A stretch of 55,058 bases of DNA. Source: a virus. How positions within the stretch are numbered: the first letter of the stretch is position 1; every line of letters begins with the position of its first letter. The notes below the pieces were generated by a model. That model was given only the letters and a program-made list of their open reading frames with translations, ran no database searches and was not told where the DNA came from. The translations under genes were made by a program, and so were the position numbers. Where the stretch lies: IMG/VR virus record IMGVR_UViG_3300009285_000008. One strand, 5' to 3'. Positions 31,858 to 40,290 of the stretch are shown here, in pieces.

Positions 31858-33048
31858 CTAGGCCGCCACCGGTTTCTTGTTGCGCAGTTCGTTGCGAATC
31901 TCTCGCAGCAGCGCGTCGCGCCGCTCGTCGTTGCCCTGCTTGCCGCCAATCGCCAGCGCGGCCGTATCGAACTGCCCGACCCGGCTGGTCATGGCCTCGG
32001 CCGACCGTCCGCCCTTCATCGCGGCCTTGAGCTTGTCCTGCGCGGCCGCTTCGTCGAACGCCGCCTCGCGGCCAGCCTTGAGCAGCGCGACTTGCTCAGC
32101 ATCGCCCGCTTCCTCGGCCGCTGCGATCCGCTCGGCGTAGCTACGGTTGATGCGCTCCACCTCGGCATCCAGCGTGCGGCCCTCAGCTATCAGCCGCTTC
32201 TCGTTCAGCTCGGACGATAGGCCATCCATCTTGCGCTGGCGGTCGATTGTGTCTTTTGTCAGCTTGTCTTGTCTGTCAAGCCGCTTGGCGCGGTTGGAAC
32301 TTTCGAGCGCCCGGCGCTTACGATCCCCTTCCGCCTCGGCCGCATTGGTTTTCTCGAAACGCTCCACAATTGCCGCGACGCGCTGCTCGGACTCAGATTC
32401 GTCGAACTTCTCGTTCACCACAGCCCGTGCCTTTTGCGCTTCGGCCTCGATCACCCCCAAGGCTGCGTCGCGACTTGCAATGCTGGACTCCAGAAATGCG
32501 CCGCCGCCCAGCGGCTTGGCCAACTCCTCCTTCTTCGCCGTTTCGGCCGCGGCGTCCAACGCCCGCATCGCCACTTCACGCGCCGGCGCTGGCGCCGCCA
32601 GCTCTTGCAACTTGCCGAGCGACTTCGCCGCGGCGTCGGCCGCCGTTACGTAATCATCGGTTTCTTTTTTCAGCCGCGCGACATTCTCGGCCGTCGCCTT
32701 GGCGCGCTCGGCCGCACCGGACAAAGTCTCTCGGAACTCGTTGAACGCCTGAATGGCGCGGCCGATTCCCAGCGGCAGACGCTCGATCAACTCGCGGGCT
32801 TTTTCAGTATGGCCGCGAAACAACTCAATGGCCGCGCTTCCAAGTGTGAACCCGCCGGTCGCGGCCTGGATCGCAGCGCCGAACTTGAACGCGCCAAGCG
32901 TCAACCGCTCGAAGCTGGTCGGCTTGAATGCCTTCTCGATCCTGTCGCCGGCCGCCGCAGTCTTAGTCTGCGCATCACGCAATCCAGCGTCCAGCTTGTC
33001 CAGCCGGGCCTCGATCGTCACGCTGACAGTAGAGATATTGCCGCTCAT
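31858..33048 (-). CDS. tape measure-like protein
   Basis: 396 aa; Ala/Glu/Arg-rich and predicted helical. Its position after the G/G-T chaperone pair is the canonical one. Confidence 0.55.
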   Translation of the reverse strand: MSGNISTVSVTIEARLDKLDAGLRDAQTKTAAAGDRIEKAFKPTSFERLTLGAFKFGAAIQAATGGFTLGSAAIELFRGHTEKARELIERLPLGIGRAIQAFNEFRETLSGAAERAKATAENVARLKKETDDYVTAADAAAKSLGKLQELAAPAPAREVAMRALDAAAETAKKEELAKPLGGGAFLESSIASRDAALGVIEAEAQKARAVVNEKFDESESEQRVAAIVERFEKTNAAEAEGDRKRRALESSNRAKRLDRQDKLTKDTIDRQRKMDGLSSELNEKRLIAEGRTLDAEVERINRSYAERIAAAEEAGDAEQVALLKAGREAAFDEAAAQDKLKAAMKGGRSAEAMTSRVGQFDTAALAIGGKQGNDERRDALLREIRNELRNKKPVAA

Positions 33049-33251
33049 TCATCTGCCAATATCGACAGGCCACATGCAAGCGCGGCGTGAATAGACGCTG
33101 CCGATGCAAGGCCAACGATAATACATGCGCGTTCCCATGTTAAAGAATCGGCATGCATCGGAATTACACGGAACACCAATACGACCACAACAGACGCAAA
33201 AAGCCCGGCAAGCGACCACAATAGACTGAGAACTGGGCAAAGCATCTTCAT
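33045..33251 (-). CDS. small membrane protein
   Basis: 68 aa; two hydrophobic segments; ATGA overlaps on both sides. Confidence 0.4.
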   Translation of the reverse strand: MKMLCPVLSLLWSLAGLFASVVVVLVFRVIPMHADSLTWERACIIVGLASAASIHAALACGLSILADE

Positions 33252-33867
33252 AGCCCAAACCTCTTCTTCCTTCGCACCATACGGGCCACCTTGCTCCGGT
33301 GATTCACGTCACCGCTCTCAAGTTCCTGAATGTCGCCGATGCGGTCCAAATAGGCGAAGTATTGGCCGAGCGTCAGGTCGCCCGGTCGGAACGCGCCGTA
33401 GTAGAACCGCATGAGCTGCGCGTCCAGCAAGGCCCAGTCGGTCGGGCCTACGCTTTTGGGTGTGGCGTGTCCGCCACGTCAACGTCCTCCAGGCCCCAGA
33501 CCACGCGGGCCAACGCATCGACAGTGCGGGCCGGGAGCGACGCCACAACCTCCGGCGCGATACCGCTGAGTATCGCCGACTTATCGACAACCTCGCGACA
33601 GCGCTGCAGCTCGTAGACGCAGGCGTCACCGTAGCTGAGCGTACGCGCCCCCGAGTCGAATCGCCGCAGTCGGTCGAACCGATCCGGCCCGGCGATGCGC
33701 GATTCGTCCAGCGCCGCGACGTAATCGCGCCGGTCCTCGGCCGACCACTTGGCGATGAAGTCCCGTACCTCGTCGCGCGCGAGTCGCTTGAACGAGTGCG
33801 CCTTGCCATCGACCGTGACCGCGACCGGCGCGGCCGTCGCCACTTCCCAGACGTTTGGAATACTCAT
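33248..33867 (-). CDS. tail assembly chaperone G-T fusion (via -1 frameshift)
   Basis: The -1 frame is open from the slippery site to the stop at 33248 (ORF 33248-33430). Predicted fusion is about 206 aa. Confidence 0.5.
33448..33867 (-). CDS. tail assembly chaperone (G-like)
   Basis: Part of ORF 33448-33993. ATG 33867 forms an ATGA overlap with the major tail gene. It sits between the major tail and tape measure genes. Confidence 0.55.
   Translation of the reverse strand: MSIPNVWEVATAAPVAVTVDGKAHSFKRLARDEVRDFIAKWSAEDRRDYVAALDESRIAGPDRFDRLRRFDSGARTLSYGDACVYELQRCREVVDKSAILSGIAPEVVASLPARTVDALARVVWGLEDVDVADTPHPKA
33454..33460 (-). promoter_or_regulatory. -1 programmed frameshift slippery heptamer CCCAAAA
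   Basis: Zero-frame reading is C CCA AAA GCG TAG. It fits X XXY YYZ and lies two codons before the G stop. Confidence 0.5.
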
Positions 33868-34304
33868 GCGACCACCCAGACAAGAGTCATGTCGGTTCCG
33901 GCGTTCGCCCAGTCGAATGAGAATGTACCTACGCCATTGTGTGGCCGTTGAATGTCCAGATTGCTGACAACGATATTGCCGCTGAGCTTGCAACCTGTCC
34001 CGCCGCCGTCGGCGGTAAATACGGCAGCGGCGACTTCGAACTCAGTCTCCCACGACGTAGTAGCGCTACCGTCGTCGAACGGCGCGGTATCCGCAGCACC
34101 AAACTGCAAGTGTCCGGTGCACGATCCGGTGATCTCGCCCGCGCCGAGCTTGGTCGTGATCCACTTCTGGCCGAATGCAGGTTGCACCTTGATCGCATTG
34201 ATCGACACGCGGGCCGACCACGCCTCAATTCCACCAACAGTGAACTTGGGCGACGCGCCGAACGATACGGTGCCGCCGAATCCGGCAATGTCAGTGAGTG
34301 CCAT
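33864..34304 (-). CDS. major tail protein (by position)
   Basis: 146-aa ORF immediately upstream of the chaperone pair. Confidence 0.5.
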   Translation of the reverse strand: MALTDIAGFGGTVSFGASPKFTVGGIEAWSARVSINAIKVQPAFGQKWITTKLGAGEITGSCTGHLQFGAADTAPFDDGSATTSWETEFEVAAAVFTADGGGTGCKLSGNIVVSNLDIQRPHNGVGTFSFDWANAGTDMTLVWVVA

Positions 34305-34307
34305 CGT

Positions 34308-34736
34308 CTACGCTCCTGATGCAAACACGCGAAACCTCAGCATGACGCGAAGGTCATTGCCTTCGGCCGTCAGGTCACCGAGATTCGGCGCTAGAAAGGA
34401 AAGGCTGGCGAACCCCGCCACCGCAATACGTTCACGGTGAAAGCGGCTGTAAACCCGGTCCGCGAGCGTGCGAACGAAATCCCTGCCCCAGCGCTTGTGC
34501 GCCCACACATCAACCTGAAGCTCCCCGTCGATCGGATCGGACTCGAACGTCGGGTTCAGCGTGCTGTTGACCAGCGTGAGGACCACGTGCGGCCGGTGCT
34601 GATCGGGCGGCACGTTGTCCGCCCAGTAGATGCGTTCGGCGCAGACCGTCGATACCCCCACGTCGGGCGACGTATCGGTCGCGAGCCGCGTATAGATCGC
34701 GGTCTCAAGGTCCAGGGCTGTGCCGGTCATGCTCAA
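34308..34736 (-). CDS. tail terminator / tail completion protein (DUF3168-like)
   Basis: 142 aa. The N-terminal LETAIYTRLATD pattern and the position before the major tail gene support the call. Confidence 0.45.
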   Translation of the reverse strand: MSMTGTALDLETAIYTRLATDTSPDVGVSTVCAERIYWADNVPPDQHRPHVVLTLVNSTLNPTFESDPIDGELQVDVWAHKRWGRDFVRTLADRVYSRFHRERIAVAGFASLSFLAPNLGDLTAEGNDLRVMLRFRVFASGA

Positions 34737-35116
34737 CGGAACGTCCTCACGGCCCGACGGGCCGATTCAGCAATCGCGTCCGTGACCGCCTGTCGCGACT
34801 CCGCGACAGCGGGCCGAATGTACGGGCGCGGCGGCATGCGGACTTCAGACTTCAACACGAAAAGAAACTCCAGTGATTCCAAAAACTTCTGTCTGCGAGC
34901 AGCCTTGCGCTTGCGTAGTTTCTTGTATTCGCGTCGGCTTCTCTGCGCCGCATTACCATGCCTTTTAACAATCCCGGCGCGTAAACGACCGAGTTCTCTT
35001 TTTCGTTTCGCCTCTGGGCTGCGTTTGGCAGCGGCAGCTTTTTTCAGGCGTTTTAGCTGCGATCGGGCGCGACGTATTCGACGACCGGCCGCTGTCCAAT
35101 TACGTCGCTTGGCCAC
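34733..35116 (-). CDS. highly basic Lys/Arg-rich protein
   Basis: 127 aa; the first roughly 85 aa are about 45% K+R. Visibly more A/T-rich DNA than the flanks. Confidence 0.4.
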   Translation of the reverse strand: MAKRRNWTAAGRRIRRARSQLKRLKKAAAAKRSPEAKRKRELGRLRAGIVKRHGNAAQRSRREYKKLRKRKAARRQKFLESLEFLFVLKSEVRMPPRPYIRPAVAESRQAVTDAIAESARRAVRTFR

Positions 35117-35122
35117 ACTGAA

Positions 35123-35596
35123 TTACCCTTTTCTGTTTCTCTTGCTACGTTTTCCAGCGCGCACAAGAAACAACCGACCGCCGCGCTTGACCACGAACAG
35201 GCCCGGTACCGTCTTCAATCCGCCGCTCCCGACGGTGCGGAGAATCTTCCTGGCCGCGGCATTCAGCGGCACCGGCAGCATCTTGACCTTCACGGGGCGG
35301 ATCGTGCCGCCGAACTCGTGAATTCGCGCATACTTGTTCCCGGTCGCAACCCGCGCCGACGGGTTCGCATTCGTAACGCCCTTCGCATCGACGTAGAACG
35401 ACCGACCCAGCTCGCCCGTATCCTTCGCCGGCGGCTCGCCCGGTGCGGATGGCGTAGCGCCGCGTCCAGACGCCTTACGACTTAGAGTCCTGACGATCTC
35501 GTTGCGCACTTTGTGCGCCGCCTTCTCGACGCCTTTGGCGACCTCCTGCCGCAAGTGCGCGATGAACTCCGGGCCACGCCAGCTAATCGTCGGCAT
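35123..35596 (-). CDS. HK97 gp10-family neck/tail-completion protein
   Basis: 157 aa; the PGEPPAKDTGELGRS motif is characteristic of the family. Confidence 0.6.
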   Translation of the reverse strand: MPTISWRGPEFIAHLRQEVAKGVEKAAHKVRNEIVRTLSRKASGRGATPSAPGEPPAKDTGELGRSFYVDAKGVTNANPSARVATGNKYARIHEFGGTIRPVKVKMLPVPLNAAARKILRTVGSGGLKTVPGLFVVKRGGRLFLVRAGKRSKRNRKG

Positions 35597-35933
35597 CGGG
35601 CAGCGCCTCCGATACGTCGATCCGCCAGTACTCCGGCCGGCCGGAATCCTGCCCGATGGGCGTCACGCCGTCGATGTCGAATACCCGACCGCCGTGGCGA
35701 ATACGCCCGGATGATGACAGGTCCACGTCGGCATTGACGTAGAGCGTCCCGCGTAACGCGGCCCGCGTGCCGCCCGCATCAATCGACTCGCTTGCCCGCC
35801 CGGCCGACCAGCGGCACGGAACGTTGGACGCCACCAGCTGTGGCGATTCGACAATCCCGCCCGATGGCGTGCGGGTGCGGCCCACCTGCTCGATGTCCAG
35901 CGTGCTAGTCAGATCGCAGGGCATGAGGCTCAT
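35583..35933 (-). CDS. head-closure / head-tail adaptor protein
   Basis: Part of ORF 35583-35957. ATG 35933 forms an ATGA overlap. C-terminal GRVFDIDGVTPIG pattern and position support the call. Confidence 0.5.
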   Translation of the reverse strand: MSLMPCDLTSTLDIEQVGRTRTPSGGIVESPQLVASNVPCRWSAGRASESIDAGGTRAALRGTLYVNADVDLSSSGRIRHGGRVFDIDGVTPIGQDSGRPEYWRIDVSEALPDADD

Positions 35934-36826
35934 GCGGCCACCAATCCGCGCCGCCAACGGGCTAGCCGCGCCCTCATGCGATCGTCAAGCATCGCGCCGG
36001 GGAACGCCGAGGCAACGACGTAAGACGAATCGCCCAGCGACCGGCTCGACAGGTCAGTATTGATGTTCCGCGAGTTGTAGCCGTTGCGGACCAGCTCGCA
36101 CGCAATCTGCCGCAGATCGGCCGTATCAGCGTGCGTCACGACCGCCTCATAGCCGCCGCGGTACTGGACCAGCACGTTGCGCCGCCCACCGGCGAATCGA
36201 CTACTGGCTAACGTGATGATCCCGGCGTCCATATCGACATCTGCGATCCGATCGTCCAGGTCGGGATAGGTGAACTGGAATGTCGTATTCTTGGCGTCCG
36301 CCCCGGCCAGCCGATGCAGGTCCGTCGCCGGCACGTCGGTTGTCAGCGTTGCGGTCCAGTCAGCCAGGGCGTCGGCCGCGGTCACAAGCGTAGAGACCGT
36401 CGGGTAGGTCGTGGTCGAAAGCGTGTTCGTAGTCGCAACGCCCGCGGCCGAGGTCGAGACCAGCACCACGGCGGACGAAGTAACGTACGCAGTCGCACGG
36501 ATACCGCTCCCCGTATAGGACACCCCGAACGCCACGGCCCGTCCGGACGCCACGCGCGCCACATTGATGATCGGCCAGTTCTGAACCAGGATCGTCGCAT
36601 CATCCCCAATGGCCAGATCAACGTCAGTGCGGCCCCGCACGTTGCTGCCGTCGTGCCACTCCCAATAGTTCGCGGCGTTAAAGTGTCGGCCGCACTCAAT
36701 CTCGATCGCGTTGGTAGTCGCGTTGATGAACTCGGTTAGCAGTTGATCCGTGTCATCGGCGGTAATGCCGAGATATGCCTTCCCGTCGGCGAGCGTGACC
36801 AGGTTGTTGGTGTTGAAGGCCGCCAT
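35930..36826 (-). CDS. head-tail connector protein (gp6-like N-terminus) with C-terminal extension
   Basis: 298 aa; LVTLADGKAYLGITADDTDQLLTEFINATTNAIEIECGR resembles gp6-like connector N-termini. Confidence 0.5.
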   Translation of the reverse strand: MAAFNTNNLVTLADGKAYLGITADDTDQLLTEFINATTNAIEIECGRHFNAANYWEWHDGSNVRGRTDVDLAIGDDATILVQNWPIINVARVASGRAVAFGVSYTGSGIRATAYVTSSAVVLVSTSAAGVATTNTLSTTTYPTVSTLVTAADALADWTATLTTDVPATDLHRLAGADAKNTTFQFTYPDLDDRIADVDMDAGIITLASSRFAGGRRNVLVQYRGGYEAVVTHADTADLRQIACELVRNGYNSRNINTDLSSRSLGDSSYVVASAFPGAMLDDRMRARLARWRRGLVAA

Positions 36827-36829
36827 GCT

Positions 36830-37084
36830 CTACCGATTCGCAGGACCAGGATCACAGATCGCGTGGAATTTCCACAGACAGACGGCGACGCCGGATTGTT
36901 CGTTCTCCACAAACAAGATTTCGTCGCCGACCGAAACGTTCGGAATGCAATGCCGGATATCAGCGTCGGCCGGGAAGCGAAGCGTACTGATATACGCCTC
37001 GCCACCGTTGCACGGGACGACAAAACCATTGTCACGGATTGCCAGAACATTTGCCTTTTTGATCATCATGCGCTCGTACCCCAA
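36830..37084 (-). CDS. hypothetical head-module protein
   Basis: 84-aa ORF. Confidence 0.45.
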   Translation of the reverse strand: MGYERMMIKKANVLAIRDNGFVVPCNGGEAYISTLRFPADADIRHCIPNVSVGDEILFVENEQSGVAVCLWKFHAICDPGPANR

Positions 37085-37611
37085 ATGTAAATGTCATAGG
37101 CCACAGTGCCGGACGCCGACTTGACCTTCAAGTCTTTGTTTGACGCACTAACCGCCATCTGGCCGTCAGCCGGCGACGTGAAGAATGCGTAGCCGTGGTT
37201 TTTGATCGTGCTGTCGGCGTTGACGGTCGAGGCGTGGACGCGCGCCAGATCAGTCACGTCATTCAGGAACCCTAGCCAGGCGTTCGTAGCGGCGCCCCCG
37301 ACCAACAGATACTCCGCGACCGTGCTGGATCGGTTGACGATCAGGATTCCCCGCACCTCTGTGAATGCCAGCGTATTGCCGAACGGGTCCGAGGCGAGCG
37401 CCGTCAGGTCCAGCGTCTCGCCCGTAGTCGTGGCAGATCGCCGCTTGCGATAGAGCCGATCAGCCTTGTCGCTGGTCGTGCCGGTCGTCAAGACTTGCAA
37501 CAGGCGCACGATCACATCGTCGGAATCGTTGCCGGTCGCGTTCTCATTTGTGTAGGTCGGCGCAAGCGTAAGGGTCGCGCTCAACGCAAGTGTGCGGTCT
37601 CCATCGGCCAT
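37066..37611 (-). CDS. hypothetical virion-module protein
   Basis: 181-aa ORF. Confidence 0.5.
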   Translation of the reverse strand: MADGDRTLALSATLTLAPTYTNENATGNDSDDVIVRLLQVLTTGTTSDKADRLYRKRRSATTTGETLDLTALASDPFGNTLAFTEVRGILIVNRSSTVAEYLLVGGAATNAWLGFLNDVTDLARVHASTVNADSTIKNHGYAFFTSPADGQMAVSASNKDLKVKSASGTVAYDIYIWGTSA

Positions 37612-37630
37612 TTCGCACCCGTCATGTTAG

Positions 37631-38296
37631 TTACGTCGTCTGAGGCAACGGCAGAGACAGAGCGAGGATCGAGATCGTGTAGGTCGAACTGAGCGACACG
37701 GCCGCCCCGATGCTGAACAGCGTGCCCGGACCAACGACCAGCAAACCGTCCACACGATCCACAAGCTGCTCGGCATGCGGACCACTGACGGTTGTGGCTC
37801 CGTTGTCAGCCGTCTGGGCAATACCGCTGCAAGCCCAGACCGCAGGCGTACTGGTCGTGACGATCGTGGTCGGGAAAAACACCATGCCGGAGTTATCGCC
37901 CAAATCCGACCGAAGATTGACGGCCGCGACCTCAGTGCCCGATACCAGATCACCGGCCGTGCCTTTGCGGTCGTGGACCTGCTGTGTCCGTAGGTAGACG
38001 ATCGAACCCTCAAGCGGCGTACCTTTCGCCGTACGACCGAACGTCACCTTGATGATACTGAGCAGCCGATTCGAGCTTGGCGGGTTCCAAATCGCCGGCG
38101 CGTTCGAGGTCGTGGCCGCGACCAGCGCGTTGCCGGCCAGGGCCGTCGTGAACGAGTAGCCGTTGCCGCGCAACACCTGCTCGTAGAAGAAGCCGTTAAC
38201 CGCTCCGGTAATGACTTCGGCGGACGACCCGATCCTAATGGGCGAGTCGATTCCATCGCTTATTCGCCGCGATCCTGCGCGACCTTCAAGAATCAT
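37631..38296 (-). CDS. hypothetical virion-module protein
   Basis: 221-aa ORF. Confidence 0.5.
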   Translation of the reverse strand: MILEGRAGSRRISDGIDSPIRIGSSAEVITGAVNGFFYEQVLRGNGYSFTTALAGNALVAATTSNAPAIWNPPSSNRLLSIIKVTFGRTAKGTPLEGSIVYLRTQQVHDRKGTAGDLVSGTEVAAVNLRSDLGDNSGMVFFPTTIVTTSTPAVWACSGIAQTADNGATTVSGPHAEQLVDRVDGLLVVGPGTLFSIGAAVSLSSTYTISILALSLPLPQTT

Positions 38297-38336
38297 AGCC
38301 TGTTCCCTTTCTCTTTTTGGGGGAGTGGTTCTCTAC

Positions 38337-38639
38337 TTACACGCGAACATCAGCGGCCGTGCCGGCCTGAATCATGCCGAGCCGCAAAGCTGCAACCTCT
38401 TCTCGCAAGCTCCGAAACTCACGGAGCAGCGCGTCATTCTCCGCAATCGGTAACGTCCATCGAACGCCATCCCAACGCCAGATATCGCCTGTATCGGATT
38501 CGAGGAACGTCGAACCGGCCGGCAGGTCGGCATCAGTCGTGGTCCGGGCGTTCTCGTCGGACACAAGCTGAGCGCCGACCGTCGGCTTGGTGTCGGTCGA
38601 ATGGCCGATGAACCGCTTGGTTCTGGTTTCAAGGACCAT
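38337..38639 (-). CDS. hypothetical protein
   Basis: 100-aa ORF. Confidence 0.45.
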   Translation of the reverse strand: MVLETRTKRFIGHSTDTKPTVGAQLVSDENARTTTDADLPAGSTFLESDTGDIWRWDGVRWTLPIAENDALLREFRSLREEVAALRLGMIQAGTAADVRV

Positions 38640-38805
38640 CGCTATCCGGCTCGTCGTTGCCGGTCACCCGAAGCGGAATTGGCTCTTCGGCCACGAACAC
38701 CGCTATGCCGTTCGCGATCCAACCCTCAGCCTTTGCCGACGGAAGCGACACTTCATCGCCGACGCTGTAGCATCGAAAGTCTCGAAGCAATCTCACGCGA
38801 GTCAT
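38629..38805 (-). CDS. possible 58-aa protein
   Basis: MTRVRLLRDFRCYSVGDEVSLPSAKAEGWIANGIAVFVAEEPIPLRVTGNDEPDSDGP. GGAG lies 6 nt upstream. It overlaps the next start by 11 nt. Below the track cutoff. Confidence 0.35.
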   Translation of the reverse strand: MTRVRLLRDFRCYSVGDEVSLPSAKAEGWIANGIAVFVAEEPIPLRVTGNDEPDSDGP

Positions 38806-38814
38806 TGGCTACTC

Positions 38815-39768
38815 CTAGCTGGCGGTCGCGACAATTATTCCTCCCTGTCCGCCGCTGACACCGTCATTGCCGAAGTTGCCGGGCGGCAGAATGAAGAATC
38901 CGTTGCCGAGCGTGCCGACGAGCGTTGCCTCTGTCGCGGCCGCTTCGGCCGGCGTGATGAACCCGCCGCCTAGCATTGCGCCGCTACATGCGGTCGCAAG
39001 CTGGAACGGCTCAGCTCCGGAAAGCTCCTGGATGCCGTGGCAGTTCTTCACGTAAAAATACTTGGCCGCCGTCGTTTTATTGTGAAAGATCGCCGTCTCA
39101 AAATTGCCGTTGAACTCGCAGTCCTCAACCAAGATGTTCTCAACATCCTCGAAGTAGAGGAACCCTGTGGCGTCGCCGCCGTCGGTACCTTCAGGATCGG
39201 TCGGCTGAAAGACTCGGCAACGTCGGCAGCGAAAGCCATCGGCCGCAGTCGTCGCCAACTGAATGAAGCAGTACGCCTCTTTCGCGCTAGAGGTTACGAA
39301 GTCGCAATCCTCAATCGTGCAGTTGACCGCGTTGACGTTGATGAACTCGGCCAGGTTGTTGATGTTGCCGACCAAGCGAAGGCCACTAATCGTGCAGTCG
39401 GCTGCGTTGACGCGGATGCGCGCGGTCGCATTGGTCCCAAACGTCACGGTCGGCTTAAGCGTGCCGCGGCCCAGACCGCGAATCCACGTCCCGATCGTAT
39501 CGAGGTCGATCGCGTTGGCGGCCGTGATCGTCTCGGCGTGGCCCGGCATGACGTTGACGATGTCGAACTTCGAGGCGGTCGTACGGTTGATCCCGCTGTC
39601 GATCGTGGTCAGCGGCGCGTCGGGCGAGTCGCCCCATGCGCTCGTTGTCGAGCCGCCGCCACCACTGGAAACGAAGTACCGATTGCCGGTCGAAAGCTGC
39701 ATGTCCTCGACCGCAATGATTCCGCCCTGGCCCTTCTTGGCGTAGAGCGCTGTTCTTGCAAGAGGCAT
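38815..39768 (-). CDS. beta-helix repeat protein inside the head module
   Basis: 317 aa; repeated turns NAADCTISGLRL / NAVNCTIEDCDF / ENILVEDCEF / VKNCHG. Confidence 0.5.
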   Translation of the reverse strand: MPLARTALYAKKGQGGIIAVEDMQLSTGNRYFVSSGGGGSTTSAWGDSPDAPLTTIDSGINRTTASKFDIVNVMPGHAETITAANAIDLDTIGTWIRGLGRGTLKPTVTFGTNATARIRVNAADCTISGLRLVGNINNLAEFINVNAVNCTIEDCDFVTSSAKEAYCFIQLATTAADGFRCRRCRVFQPTDPEGTDGGDATGFLYFEDVENILVEDCEFNGNFETAIFHNKTTAAKYFYVKNCHGIQELSGAEPFQLATACSGAMLGGGFITPAEAAATEATLVGTLGNGFFILPPGNFGNDGVSGGQGGIIVATAS

Positions 39769-39800
39769 TCAGGGTTTCTCCTGTGTTGACGCCTGTTGGT

Positions 39801-40250
39801 TTACGCGATGCTGTCGGCCGTTAGGCCGGTATAGGCAAAGCGCGGCTTGCTCCGAACGTACAGAACAACACCTTCATCGGTATTGGTTGCCAACGACATG
39901 TTGGCCGTCACGTAGCGCGCCGAGCCAGGGTTGGCCGCCGCCACTTCTGCGATCTGCTGGGACGTGACTTCGAGGAACGTGTAGTCACCGACTGCATCGG
40001 GCTGCACGCTGGTCAGCGTCTTGGTCGCGATCGTGATGTCGGTTCCGCTGCCGTCGGACGCCGAGTTCGCGATTATGTTAAACACCAGGGCGGATGTTCC
40101 GACCGTGCGGAAGAACCCGACCAGAAAGTGCTCGAAGTCCCGCATGTCAACCCACGCGATGTCGGTCAACGACGTTGCGTCCGGGTCGAAGTCGTACAAC
40201 GTGATCTTGTGTCTTGCTGTCAGGTGCTCAACTGATTGGGCCGAAGCCAT
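39801..40250 (-). CDS. hypothetical protein next to the capsid gene (decoration-protein position)
   Basis: 149-aa ORF directly downstream of the major capsid gene. Confidence 0.45.
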   Translation of the reverse strand: MASAQSVEHLTARHKITLYDFDPDATSLTDIAWVDMRDFEHFLVGFFRTVGTSALVFNIIANSASDGSGTDITIATKTLTSVQPDAVGDYTFLEVTSQQIAEVAAANPGSARYVTANMSLATNTDEGVVLYVRSKPRFAYTGLTADSIA

Positions 40251-40290
40251 CTGGCTATCTCCTTCGGGGTTAGACCCGTGTTATCGAGGG

